A DNA stretch of 62,079 nucleotides from an uncultured Eubacteriales bacterium (GCA_964646385.1 CAZYEC010000004.1:7056-69134); one strand, 5' to 3'. Shown: positions 11,856 to 21,405, counted from the stretch's first letter. Notes: generated by a model not told the origin, from the sequence alone. A program made the numbers and translations.

Positions 11856-13220
11856 CTATTCGTTTTGGATCCGTTTAGTCAATTCCTGAAGAGTGTTTTC
11901 AAAAGACGGGCTCGTTTTGCGTTGCCTGTTAAGTTTTTCGAAAGCATGTAAGACAGTCGTGTGGTCTCTGCCTCCAAATTGCTCGCCAATACGAGGCAAA
12001 GATGAATCGGTCAAGGTCCGGGACAGATACATGGCCACTTGTCGCGGGAAAGCTATGTTTCTGGTCCGTCGCTTGGAAGAAAAATCCGACATCTCCACAT
12101 TGTAATAGTCCGCTACAATGTTTTTGATAGATTCGATGGTTATCGGCGCACGTTTCTTTTGGGGTAGAAGGTCCCGCAAGATTTCTTTGGTCACGTCTAA
12201 GGTAACCTCTTTCATTTGCAGTGCGGTAAAAGCCAAGACTCTAATGAGCGCCCCTTCAAGCTCTCTTATATTGCTCGGGATACGTTCGGCTATGTACTGG
12301 CACACTTCAATTGGCACATCACGGTCTTCGATCTCGGCCTTTTTGCGCAAGATGGCCATTCGGGTCTCTATGTCTGGCGGCTGAATATCGCAAATGAGGC
12401 CCCATTCAAACCTGGTCCGAAGGCGTTCCTCCAAAGTGGAGATTTCTTTGGGAGGACGATCCGACGAAATGACTATCTGTTTTGAAGCCTGGTGCAGAGC
12501 ATCAAATGTGTGGAAAAACTCTTCTTGGGTGGCATCCTTGCCCGCGACAAACTGGATGTCGTCTATGAGAAGCAAATCCACACCCCGGTAACGGTTGCGA
12601 AATTCTTGGGTGTTTCCTTCCTGTATGGCTAAAATGAGTTCGTTTGTGAATGTCTCGGAAGAGACGTAGGAGACTTTAATGGCTTTATGGTGGGCCAAGA
12701 CGTAATGGGCAACTGCTTGCATTAAGTGAGTTTTACCCAAACCCACACCGCCGTATAAAAACAACGGATTATAAGTTTTTGCCGGGTTTTCCGAAACCGC
12801 CAAAGCGGCCGCATGGGCAAACCGATTGGATGCCCCAACAATGAAATTCTCAAAACTGTACCGGGGGTTAAGTCCCCTTATGTACTGGGAAACATCTTCG
12901 GCTTGTCGTTTCTTTCGCGAAGGAACGAACTGGGACTCCAAAGGGAACAGAGTTCCCGGGATGGCCCTTTGTTGAGGTGTGACAGCCAGCCTGATTTCAC
13001 AAGGCCTACCATAGGCATCTCTCCAGGCCCTATGCAGCTCTTCTTTGTAATGGGACTCGATCCAGTTTTTCGCGAATTCACTGGGGGCAGATATAGTAAG
13101 GGTTCTGTCCTCTAAGTTTACAGGCCTCGTTTCTTTCAACCAATTCAGGCTCGGACCTGCAAGGCGAGCTGAGGCCCTTTTCAGCGCATCGTCCCAGATG
13201 TCCTCCAGATTCCTGGCCAT
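11856..13220 (-). CDS. dnaA: Chromosomal replication initiator DnaA
   Basis: YSFENFIVGASN, YNPLFLYGGVGLGKTHL, LLIDDIQF, RLRTRFEWG, GGRDHTTVLHA. Confidence 0.99.
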   Translation of the reverse strand: MARNLEDIWDDALKRASARLAGPSLNWLKETRPVNLEDRTLTISAPSEFAKNWIESHYKEELHRAWRDAYGRPCEIRLAVTPQQRAIPGTLFPLESQFVPSRKKRQAEDVSQYIRGLNPRYSFENFIVGASNRFAHAAALAVSENPAKTYNPLFLYGGVGLGKTHLMQAVAHYVLAHHKAIKVSYVSSETFTNELILAIQEGNTQEFRNRYRGVDLLLIDDIQFVAGKDATQEEFFHTFDALHQASKQIVISSDRPPKEISTLEERLRTRFEWGLICDIQPPDIETRMAILRKKAEIEDRDVPIEVCQYIAERIPSNIRELEGALIRVLAFTALQMKEVTLDVTKEILRDLLPQKKRAPITIESIKNIVADYYNVEMSDFSSKRRTRNIAFPRQVAMYLSRTLTDSSLPRIGEQFGGRDHTTVLHAFEKLNRQRKTSPSFENTLQELTKRIQNE

Positions 13221-13400
13221 TCCTAATAACCACCATTTCGCATGTCTTATACAGAAAATCAGTTCGCTTTGACACTGTCAATCCGCTTTATGCACTAATG
13301 CATAGAGGTTCCGTTTCCGACTTTATGTTGGTTTTCTTCAGGAACACTTTGCCTCGTCAAGGTCATAGACCCCACAACCGCCGTATAGAAAACTCACAAT

Positions 13401-13432
13401 CTATGCACATAGTTATCAACAGCTGTGGATAA
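13401..13432. promoter_or_regulatory. DnaA-box cluster upstream of dnaA (second half of oriC, autoregulation)
   Basis: CTATGCACA 13401-13409, TTATCAACA 13413-13421, perfect TGTGGATAA 13424-13432. Confidence 0.8.
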
Positions 13433-13485
13433 AGTCCGAGATAAGCCGGTTTTTGGGCATGGCTTCCGAGTCCTCTCCGGTGAAA

Positions 13486-13514
13486 ACTATATCAGGGGCA
13501 GTGTTCTCACACAA
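13486..13514 (-). promoter_or_regulatory. Probable sigmaA promoter of dnaA
   Basis: TTGTGT-N17-TATAGT with TG extension on the minus strand, upstream of the box cluster. Confidence 0.55.
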
Positions 13515-13585
13515 CGGAACTGGTGTACGAAACCCGGGTTCAAACAGGCTGATTGACGGGAAAATCCCAGGGTAAAGGCGGTTTA

Positions 13586-13614
13586 TTGACACGATATTTT
13601 CGCTAAGATATAAT
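13586..13614 (+). promoter_or_regulatory. sigmaA promoter of the rpmH operon
   Basis: Perfect TTGACA-N17-TATAAT. Confidence 0.85.
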
Positions 13615-13666
13615 TCGTTGGACTCCTGGGGTTAAGTTCCAGAAGCGTTTTAGGGGGAAGGCGTTC

Positions 13667-13801
13667 ATGAAGCGGACGTACCAGCCAAAACGGCGCAAGA
13701 GATTTCGAACCCACGGGTTTTTGGTCAGGATGGCAACGAAAAGCGGAAGGAAGATTATAGCCCGCCGCCGATCTAGGGGTCGAAAGTCTCTTTCCGTTTA
13801 A
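13667..13801 (+). CDS. rpmH: 50S ribosomal protein L34 (not in the ORF track)
   Basis: [44 protein letters not shown]. Confidence 0.98.
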   Translation: MKRTYQPKRRKRFRTHGFLVRMATKSGRKIIARRRSRGRKSLSV

Positions 13802-13838
13802 GCGTTTGTTTCAGATGAGGAAGAAATGAGGCGGTCGG

Positions 13839-14162
13839 GTGGTATCAGGCAGGATACCGGCGCCGTCGTACCGTAGAGTGTACAAGGAAGGCCGCTCGGT
13901 AAGCTGTCGGCGGCTGGTGTTATACTATTTGGGCGATGAACCGGGCCTTAGGCTAGGCATTAGCGTGTCAAAAAACCTGGGGAAAGCCCACGTGAGGAAT
14001 AAGCTCAAACGAAGGGTTAAAGAAGCGTTCCGGTTGTGTTTGCCCGATATCAGCGGTGAAGGCGAAATCGTTTTCATCGTGAGGCGGGGCTCGGTGAACA
14101 GCACTTTTTCAGAAGTGCTGGAATCCATGAGAGGCCTCCTAAAGAGGATGGGACTCCTGTAA
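13839..14162 (+). CDS. rnpA: Ribonuclease P protein component
   Basis: [33 protein letters not shown]. Confidence 0.95.
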   Translation: MVSGRIPAPSYRRVYKEGRSVSCRRLVLYYLGDEPGLRLGISVSKNLGKAHVRNKLKRRVKEAFRLCLPDISGEGEIVFIVRRGSVNSTFSEVLESMRGLLKRMGLL

Positions 14163-14428
14163 TGGCTAAAACAGGCCTTTTGTTCCTCATAAAGATGTAC
14201 CAGACTTACATTTCACCCTTAAAGGGTCCGACATGCAGGTATTACCCCACATGTTCCGAGTACGCAAGGCAAGCCGTTTTATCTCACGGTGCTTTTAAAG
14301 GTTTCTTGTTGGCGTTGTGGAGAATCCTGCGGTGCAATCCCTTTTCGTACGGCGGTTATGATCCCGTGCCGCTCCCCCGGGGGGAGGGCCTTAAGAGGTC
14401 TAGGAGGTTCGACGAATGTCGTATATAA
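14162..14428 (+). CDS. yidD: Membrane protein insertion efficiency factor
   Basis: [34 protein letters not shown]. Confidence 0.95.
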   Translation: MAKTGLLFLIKMYQTYISPLKGPTCRYYPTCSEYARQAVLSHGAFKGFLLALWRILRCNPFSYGGYDPVPLPRGEGLKRSRRFDECRI

Positions 14429-15066
14429 CCGATATCATGATCCGCATTATGGATTTTGTTTTCAAAGTAACGGGCAGCTGGGGTCTCGCTATCGTGGGCC
14501 TGACCATCGTAGTGCGCGCAGTTATCCTTCCTGTGACGATCATTCAGGCCCGCTCCAACAAAGCCATGAGCATCATAACCCCGGAACAGACGAAGCTTCA
14601 AAAAAAATACAAGAATGATCCCGAAAGGCTCAACCTGGAATTGATGGAGTTGTACAGGAAGCACAAGGTCAGCCCTTTTTCCAGCTGCTTGGGACTGGCT
14701 ATTCAGTTTCCCGTGATCATAGCCATGGTAAGGTCTTTGGATGCCCACCCGGTTCTCAAAACCGCAACTTTTCTGAATCTGGAATTGGGGAAGCCCGGCA
14801 CTTGGCCCATGGTGTTGACGGCGATCCTGAGCACTTATTTGGCCATGCGGTTTTCACCCTCGATGAGTTCTCCCCAGCAACAAGGGGGGAACCAGAATGT
14901 TATGATGATCGTGATGTTGGGAATGATGGCGTTTTTTGCTTTCAAATATTCGGCGGCGGTTTCGGTGTACATCATCACCGCCAACTTTGTGGGGTTGCTT
15001 GAACGCCTTGTGGTTCCCGGTGCCAGGGTGACTCCGGAAGGAGCGGCTTCAAGTGAAAAGCATTGA
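14416..15066 (+). CDS. yidC: Membrane protein insertase YidC/SpoIIIJ (short form)
   Basis: [37 protein letters not shown]; synteny. Confidence 0.9.
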   Translation: MSYITDIMIRIMDFVFKVTGSWGLAIVGLTIVVRAVILPVTIIQARSNKAMSIITPEQTKLQKKYKNDPERLNLELMELYRKHKVSPFSSCLGLAIQFPVIIAMVRSLDAHPVLKTATFLNLELGKPGTWPMVLTAILSTYLAMRFSPSMSSPQQQGGNQNVMMIVMLGMMAFFAFKYSAAVSVYIITANFVGLLERLVVPGARVTPEGAASSEKH

Positions 15067-15706
15067 GAAGACGGGCCGTTCGGTTGAAGAAGCCCTGGAC
15101 ATGGCTCTCAGGGAGCTGGGAGTGGGGGCCGATGAAGTGGTCGTAGAGGTCTTATCGGAAGCGTCAAGGGGATTTCTCGGCATTTTGGGGACCAAGGACG
15201 CCAAGGTGAAGGTTACGGTAAGAAAGAACAGAAAAGAACTGGCTAAAGAATTTGTGGCGGGCGTTATAGAGAGGATGGGCTTGGATAGCGCCATCGAGGT
15301 GTTGGGCTCTGATCAGTCCGTCACTTTTAATATTGTGGGGAAAAACCTCGGCATTCTCATAGGAAGGCGAGGGGAAACTCTAAAAGCCTTGGAATTTCTT
15401 ACGGGGATAGCAAGCATCACGGGTGTTGGGGGCCCGGCACGGGTTTTTGTCGATGCGGCCGGATACCGGATGCGCCGGGAAAGGGATCTGGCTGATGCGG
15501 CTCGAAGCGCCGCCAGGCGCGTGAAGCGGCTGGGAAGGCGGGTGGTGTTGGAGCCCATGGATGCTCGAGACCGAAGGATAATTCATGTTGCCTTGCAGGA
15601 AGAACCGGGCATTTTCACCTACAGCGAAGGGCAAGAGCCTTTCAGGCGCGTAATAGTGTCTTCGACGGAAAGGAAGAGCGACGGGGAAGCGGTGCAAGGG
15701 CTGTAA
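15053..15706 (+). CDS. jag: Jag/EloR/KhpB RNA-binding protein
   Basis: Jag_N (GRSVEEAL), KH (LIGRRGETLKAL), R3H (RRIIHVAL). Confidence 0.93.
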   Translation: MKSIEKTGRSVEEALDMALRELGVGADEVVVEVLSEASRGFLGILGTKDAKVKVTVRKNRKELAKEFVAGVIERMGLDSAIEVLGSDQSVTFNIVGKNLGILIGRRGETLKALEFLTGIASITGVGGPARVFVDAAGYRMRRERDLADAARSAARRVKRLGRRVVLEPMDARDRRIIHVALQEEPGIFTYSEGQEPFRRVIVSSTERKSDGEAVQGL

Positions 15707-15729
15707 AGAACGGCTTTTTTCACAAATCG

Positions 15730-15752
15730 AGCCCCGGTCTTCCGGGGTTTTT
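15730..15752 (+). terminator. Intrinsic terminator-like hairpin between jag and mnmE
   Basis: AGCCCCGG-TCTT-CCGGGGTT followed by a T run. Confidence 0.6.
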
Positions 15753-17160
15753 GTGTGAGAAGGGTGAAATCATCAATCACAGGGTAAACGACTTTAGTCA
15801 GGAAACCATAGCGGCGGTATCGACGCCGTCGGGAACGGGGGGCATCGCCGTTGTGAGGGTGAGCGGCCCGGAGGCGCTGTGTGTGGTGGACCGGGTGGTC
15901 AGGTTGCGCCGGCGAAAGCCGGTCAGGGATTTGGACACGTGGTCAGCCGCCCTTGGCGATGCCTACGGGGCAGACGCCGTATTTCTGGATGAAGTTGTTG
16001 TCATGGTGATGAGGGCCCCGAACTCCTACACGGGAGAAGATGTTGTGGAGATTCAGTGCCACGGCGGGAGACTCGTTACGGAGAAAATTTTAGACGAAGT
16101 GCTGCGCCTTGGGGTCAGAGCCGCGATGCCCGGGGAGTTTACAAGGAGGGCCTATTTGTCAGGGCGTATAAATCTCCTTGAAGCAGAAGCTGTGGCAGAC
16201 GTGGTTGCTGCACGCTCCGAGGCGGCACTGGTTCAAGCGGGCAGGAGGCTTAAGGGTGAGTTCGGGGGATTGGTGAGGTCATGGGAAGAGAGACTGGTAG
16301 GGCTTTTGTCAACGCTCCTGGGTTCTTCTGATTTCCCGGAGGATGTGTCGATGGAAAGAGATGGCCTAACGGTCGGAGTAGAAAGCCTCTTTTGGGAGAT
16401 GGATACCTTCCTGTCTCGGGCGCCCATCGGGTTGGCACTGGCTGAGGGCGTGCAGGTGTGCCTGGTGGGAAAACCCAACGTGGGCAAATCGTCGTTGTTC
16501 AACGCCCTGTTACGCGAAGATAGGGCAATAGTGACCGAAATACCTGGGACGACCAGGGATATCCTCAGGGAGCACAGCCAGTGGGAAGGCGTGCCCGTTG
16601 TGCTGCTGGATACTGCCGGCCTGAGGGCAACCGCCGAAATAGTCGAAGTCATTGGGGTAGAGCGCGCGGAATCTGCGGCTTCCACTTCTGAGGTCATCTT
16701 ATATGTAGTTGAGGATACGGCGGGGCTTACGCCCGAGGACAGGGGCTGGCTCGAAAGGTGGAAAGAGAGGCGTCTGTTGCTGGTGATCAACAAGGTCGAT
16801 GCGGGTGCAGGGCTGATTACGCCGGAAGTTGTTGAACCCCTCGTGGGGAATTCGGCAGTTTGGGTATCGTGCCTCACAGGGCAAGGGCTCGAGGACCTTC
16901 GCAAGAAGGTTGCCGGATGGTTTTCATCCAAAGAGACTCTTGATCAGGTGGTGCCCGGGTCTGCCAGGCAAGTGGACTGCGTCAGGCGTGCGGCATGCTG
17001 TTTGAAAGATGCCCTTGATGAAATCAACCGGGGCTGGCCCGATGATGTGGTGGTGTTTTCTTTGGAAGATGCAGCAAAAGCACTGAAAGAGCTGACGGGA
17101 ACGGATTGGACCGAGGAAGCCTTGAACCAAGTGTTCGAGAGGTTTTGTGTTGGGAAATGA
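15751..17160 (+). CDS. mnmE: tRNA modification GTPase MnmE (start codon uncertain)
   Basis: TIAAVSTP.G.GGIAVVRVSG, GKPNVGKSSL, PGTTRD, DTAG, NKVD, terminal FCVGK. Confidence 0.96.
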   Translation: MCEKGEIINHRVNDFSQETIAAVSTPSGTGGIAVVRVSGPEALCVVDRVVRLRRRKPVRDLDTWSAALGDAYGADAVFLDEVVVMVMRAPNSYTGEDVVEIQCHGGRLVTEKILDEVLRLGVRAAMPGEFTRRAYLSGRINLLEAEAVADVVAARSEAALVQAGRRLKGEFGGLVRSWEERLVGLLSTLLGSSDFPEDVSMERDGLTVGVESLFWEMDTFLSRAPIGLALAEGVQVCLVGKPNVGKSSLFNALLREDRAIVTEIPGTTRDILREHSQWEGVPVVLLDTAGLRATAEIVEVIGVERAESAASTSEVILYVVEDTAGLTPEDRGWLERWKERRLLLVINKVDAGAGLITPEVVEPLVGNSAVWVSCLTGQGLEDLRKKVAGWFSSKETLDQVVPGSARQVDCVRRAACCLKDALDEINRGWPDDVVVFSLEDAAKALKELTGTDWTEEALNQVFERFCVGK

Positions 17161-18986
17161 GAGGCTTGGAAGGCGAAATGAATTTTGATGTAATCGTCGT
17201 GGGGAGCGGCCACGCCGCGGTTGAAGCGGGGTTGGCTTCTTCGAGGCTTGGAATGTACACGGCAATGGTGACTCTGAATCCAGATAACGTGGCGGGAATG
17301 CCGTGCAACCCATCCATCGGCGGCCCGGGGAAGGCTCAGATAGTCTCGGAGATCGATGCCCTGGGGGGAGAGATGGCTTTGGCCTGCGACCACGCAACTT
17401 TGTCGTTGCGGGTGCTTAATCTTTCCAAAGGGCCGGCCGTGCAGTCGTTGCGTGCTCAAGTCGACAAGACAGCATACGGGGCTTACATGAAAAGGGCTTT
17501 GACCTTGGCGGGCGTGGAAATGGTAAAAGGCAACGTCGATGAAGTATTCCTGGACGAGGGGGCCCGGGTCACAGGTGTGCGTTTGACCGGCGGAACGACG
17601 ATGAAGGCGCAAGCCGTAGTACTGTGCACCGGCGTTTATTTGGACAGCCGGATCATCATTGGGGAAGATATTCGGGATTCAGGGCCTTTGGGGGAGCCGC
17701 CTTCCCACGGGTTATCTTCTTGTCTCATGCGGTTGGGCCTGAGAATTAGTAGATTTAAAACTGGAACTTCCCCCCGAATCCACCGGGATACCATAAAATG
17801 GGATCAACTGGAACTCGAGAAGGGTACCTCCCGGCCCCGCGCGTTTTCGTTCATGTCCGAACCCAGGGTATGGGAACAAAATGTTTGTTACTCCACTTAC
17901 ACTAACGCGAAGACCCATCAGATAGTTAAAGAGAATGCCTGGCGGGCCCCTTTGTTTGACGGAACGATTAGGGGAACTGGCCCCAGGTATTGTCCGTCGA
18001 TTGAAGACAAGGTCATGAGGTTTCCCAACCGGGACAGGCATCACATCTACCTTGAAATCGAGCGCGAACAAGGGAATGAGGTGTATTTGCTTGGCCTTTC
18101 GACCAGCCTTCCTTTGGAAGTGCAACGTCTCGCCGTACAGAGTCTTCCCGGTTTGGATGAGGCCGAGATTGTGCGTCCCGGCTACGCCATAGAATACGAC
18201 TATTTGTCGTCTTCGGAGTTGAAGCCCACTTTGGAAGTCAAAAGGGTGAAAGGGCTTTATTCGGCGGGGCAAATAAACGGGACATCCGGGTACGAAGAGG
18301 CAGCCTGTCAAGGGCTTTTGGCAGGTATCAACGCTGTGAGGCACCTTCAAGGGAAGGAACAGGTCGTCTTGAGCCGAGATCAGGCTTATATTGGGGTGCT
18401 GATAGACGACATTGTGAACACACGCGTCGAAGAGCCTTACAGGATGCTTACTTCCCGGTCGGAATACCGTCTGTTGCTTCGGCAGTCTAATGCAGATTCC
18501 CGGCTGACGCCTTTGGGGAAGAAAATTGGGCTTGTGGGGGACAGCAGGTGGAGGCAGTTTGTGGCTAAAAGAAAGTGCTTGGAGCTGGGCCGCGAGATTT
18601 TGGAGCGCCCCGTTTCCGGCAGACCCATCAAAGATATGCTTAGAAACCCGAAATGCACTGTGATGGATTTTACCGGTATCATGCCGGATCTTTTGGATCT
18701 GCCCATTGCTGTGCTTGGCGAGGTGGAGATTGAAGCCAAATACGCAGGCTTTATCGAGCGTCAGCGAAGAGAGGCCGCAAGGCTCAAGCGCTATTCCGGG
18801 AAAAGCATTCCGCCGGGGTTGGACTTCTACTGTGTGCGGGGCCTATCGGCAGAAGGGCGGGACAGGATGGTCAAGCACGGGCCCTCGACGCTTGGCAGAG
18901 CAATGGAACTGGGGATCACACCGGCCGACGTCTTGGTTTTGCTGGCCTATTTGGATGGTCGCGATGGTGGGCTAGCCGGTGGTTAA
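17157..18986 (+). CDS. mnmG: tRNA uridine-5-carboxymethylaminomethyl modification enzyme MnmG
   Basis: VIVVGSGHAA, MPCNPSIGG, RFKTGTSPR, GPRYCPSIEDK, AGQINGTSGYEEAA; ATGA overlap with mnmE. Confidence 0.97.
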   Translation: MRGLEGEMNFDVIVVGSGHAAVEAGLASSRLGMYTAMVTLNPDNVAGMPCNPSIGGPGKAQIVSEIDALGGEMALACDHATLSLRVLNLSKGPAVQSLRAQVDKTAYGAYMKRALTLAGVEMVKGNVDEVFLDEGARVTGVRLTGGTTMKAQAVVLCTGVYLDSRIIIGEDIRDSGPLGEPPSHGLSSCLMRLGLRISRFKTGTSPRIHRDTIKWDQLELEKGTSRPRAFSFMSEPRVWEQNVCYSTYTNAKTHQIVKENAWRAPLFDGTIRGTGPRYCPSIEDKVMRFPNRDRHHIYLEIEREQGNEVYLLGLSTSLPLEVQRLAVQSLPGLDEAEIVRPGYAIEYDYLSSSELKPTLEVKRVKGLYSAGQINGTSGYEEAACQGLLAGINAVRHLQGKEQVVLSRDQAYIGVLIDDIVNTRVEEPYRMLTSRSEYRLLLRQSNADSRLTPLGKKIGLVGDSRWRQFVAKRKCLELGREILERPVSGRPIKDMLRNPKCTVMDFTGIMPDLLDLPIAVLGEVEIEAKYAGFIERQRREAARLKRYSGKSIPPGLDFYCVRGLSAEGRDRMVKHGPSTLGRAMELGITPADVLVLLAYLDGRDGGLAGG

Positions 18987-19728
18987 GTCTCCCAGAGACC
19001 GGGAAGTGCTGGTTTCCAGGGGTATGCTTGCATTCGCCGGATCTCTTAACGCTATGGGGTTACGAGTGTCTTCCTCTGCCTTAAGAGGGGTAAAGACATG
19101 GTTGAATTTCTATTACAGGTGGGACGGCAGGAGGACCGTTGGGTTTCCGGAGCCGGAGCTGGTAGCTGCAAAGCTGTTGGCAGACTCGTTCTCATTTGGG
19201 ATGCTGGAACCGAGCGTTTCGGGACTTCACATGATGGACCTGGGAAGCGGAAACGGCTGGCCAGGACTTGCTTTAAAGCTTTCTCATCAAAAGGCTGAGC
19301 TTATCCTGTTGGATTCTCGTCAAGGGGCCTGCGATTTCATGGGAAGGTACGTGGTTGCTGCCGGGCTTGAGGGCGTGAGGGTGACGCTTGGAAGGGCTGA
19401 GGAGTTGGGCAGGCGTTGCGAGTTGCGTGAGAGCCAGGACTTGGTGGTATCCCGGGCGATGGCCATGCCCCCGGTAGTGCTGGAGCTCGCTTCTCCCTTT
19501 GTTAGGGCAGGCGGCCAACTGGTGCTCTGGGTTGGCCGTGAGCAGGCGAAAAGACTGGCGGAATATCCTGTCTTGAAAGAATTGGGAATAAGGTTGTCTG
19601 ATATTGTAGAGTATACTCTGCCGTCAGGCTTGGGGGGCAGGGCGCTGGTAGTGTATTCCAAGGTGCAGCGTACCGATCCCGGATACCCCAGGAGGTTTGC
19701 AAAAATCCGCGGCAAACCAATATTTTGA
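18979..19728 (+). CDS. rsmG: 16S rRNA m7G methyltransferase RsmG/GidB (divergent)
   Basis: DLGSGNGWPG, LLDSRQ, GRAEE, VVSRA; position after mnmG. Confidence 0.85.
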   Translation: MVKSPRDREVLVSRGMLAFAGSLNAMGLRVSSSALRGVKTWLNFYYRWDGRRTVGFPEPELVAAKLLADSFSFGMLEPSVSGLHMMDLGSGNGWPGLALKLSHQKAELILLDSRQGACDFMGRYVVAAGLEGVRVTLGRAEELGRRCELRESQDLVVSRAMAMPPVVLELASPFVRAGGQLVLWVGREQAKRLAEYPVLKELGIRLSDIVEYTLPSGLGGRALVVYSKVQRTDPGYPRRFAKIRGKPIF

Positions 19729-19813
19729 CTTCCCGTTTACGCGACAGGTGTTTTGCCTTTACCGGGAGGAAAAATCTGCCTTATCCGAGAAAGGTCTGTC
19801 GGGGGGTGTGAGG

Positions 19814-20614
19814 GTGTCGGTAGGCGCGTTGTTGGACAAGTTCGAGACGGCGGATGTTCCCACGGATCGTATAGAGATGAGGGTGGGGGCTTGCGTGCCG
19901 GGCGGCACGGGGTCAGTTAGAAAGAAGATTATCAAGAACCTTGTGAGAGGGAGCAGGGCTCCAATTTTCGTTCGCCCGGTTGGGGATAAATACGAGCTGG
20001 TTGCCGGGGATACCGAATTCTTAGCCGCCCGTAAACAAGGGCAGGTCGCAGTGCGCGTGTTTCTCTCTGCTCTGGACGATAAAGATGCTTTGTTTTTGCG
20101 GCTTCACGAGGGTGGGCAAAGGCGCGATCTTAATGCGGTTGAGGAGGCAGAAATAATCAGGGAACTCAATGTGGAACACGGGTTGACACAGCAGGAAATA
20201 GCCGTGAGGTGCGATAGGGTCCAATCGACAATAGCGAACAAGTTAAGGCTGCTATCCTTGCCATCTGAAATCCTGGCAAGCCTTCGAAAGGGCGAAATCG
20301 GGGAGCGACACGCCAGGGCGCTTCTCAAGTTGAAGGACAGAGATAAGCAGATGGAGGCCTTCCAACGTTTGATGCGGTGGGGTTTGTCTGCAAAGGATGT
20401 GGAATCTCTATGCAGTGTTTTGACCGGAGACAAAAGCCGCCGGAACACTAAGCGAACGACGCAGGGCGCCGTGAAGGATCCGCGCATTTATCAAAACGCG
20501 TTGCGGAGCGTTGTCAGGGAGATGCAAAAAGCAGGACTGGAGGCCGTGTGTGAAGAAAACGTGACCCACGACAAATGGGAATTTCGCGTAACTGTGGACG
20601 TTACCGATTTCTGA
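19814..20614 (+). CDS. noc: Noc-like ParB paralogue with a degenerate CTP-binding domain
   Basis: rsmG-[x]-parA slot; HTH GLTQQEIA..QSTIANKLRLL, IGERHARAL, Noc-like C-terminus DPRIYQNALR; GERR motif replaced by GDTE. Confidence 0.8.
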   Translation: MSVGALLDKFETADVPTDRIEMRVGACVPGGTGSVRKKIIKNLVRGSRAPIFVRPVGDKYELVAGDTEFLAARKQGQVAVRVFLSALDDKDALFLRLHEGGQRRDLNAVEEAEIIRELNVEHGLTQQEIAVRCDRVQSTIANKLRLLSLPSEILASLRKGEIGERHARALLKLKDRDKQMEAFQRLMRWGLSAKDVESLCSVLTGDKSRRNTKRTTQGAVKDPRIYQNALRSVVREMQKAGLEAVCEENVTHDKWEFRVTVDVTDF

Positions 20615-20628
20615 ACCGGCGTGGTGGC

Positions 20629-21405
20629 ATGTCAAAAGTAATAGCGATCGCAAACCAGAAAGGCGGGGTAGGAAAGACTACTACCGCGATAAATCTTGGC
20701 GCTTGCTTGGGCGACTTGGGGCGCTCTGTTTTGTTGGTGGATTTAGACCCCCAAGGGAATGCGTCGAGCGGAGTAGGAGTGGATCGGCACGGCAGCGGGC
20801 CGTACCTTTACGATTCTCTCATAGGGGAACTTGCTCCTGCCAAAGTTCTGAGGGCCACAGGCTTCAGGGGTCTTTCCATTTTGCCTTCTTCCTTGGACCT
20901 GGCCGGCGCCGATATTGAGCTGGTTAACATGTCGGGCCGCGAATCCCGATTAAAAAGGATAGTTGCCACACTTAGAGACGATTTTGACTACACCCTGATT
21001 GACTGTCCGCCTTCTTTGGGTCTTCTTACGATAAATGCCTTTACGGCCGCCGACTCAGTATTGATTCCCATCCAGTGTGAGTATTACGCTTTGGAAGGGT
21101 TGACGCAGCTACTAAGTGTCATAAAGCTTGTGAGGGGTAGGCTCAACTCCTCTTTGGATCTCGAGGGTGTTTTGCTCACCATGTTTGACGGAAGGACGAA
21201 TTTGTCGCTGCAAGTGGCAGAAGACGTGAAAAGATATTTTCGGGACAAGGTGTACCTTACCATTATTCCAAGAAATGTTCGACTGTCGGAGGCCCCCTCT
21301 CATGGAAAACCTATACACATTTATGATCCCAGGTCCCGAGGGGCCGAGGTTTATCAAGAATTAGCCGAGGAGGTCTTGCGGCGTGGCCAGAAAGAGCTTA
21401 GGTAG
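20629..21405 (+). CDS. parA: Chromosome partitioning ATPase ParA/Soj
   Basis: IAIANQKGGVGKTTT, DLDPQGNAS, IDCPPSLG, EYYALEG, IPRNVRLSEAPSHG. Confidence 0.97.
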   Translation: MSKVIAIANQKGGVGKTTTAINLGACLGDLGRSVLLVDLDPQGNASSGVGVDRHGSGPYLYDSLIGELAPAKVLRATGFRGLSILPSSLDLAGADIELVNMSGRESRLKRIVATLRDDFDYTLIDCPPSLGLLTINAFTAADSVLIPIQCEYYALEGLTQLLSVIKLVRGRLNSSLDLEGVLLTMFDGRTNLSLQVAEDVKRYFRDKVYLTIIPRNVRLSEAPSHGKPIHIYDPRSRGAEVYQELAEEVLRRGQKELR

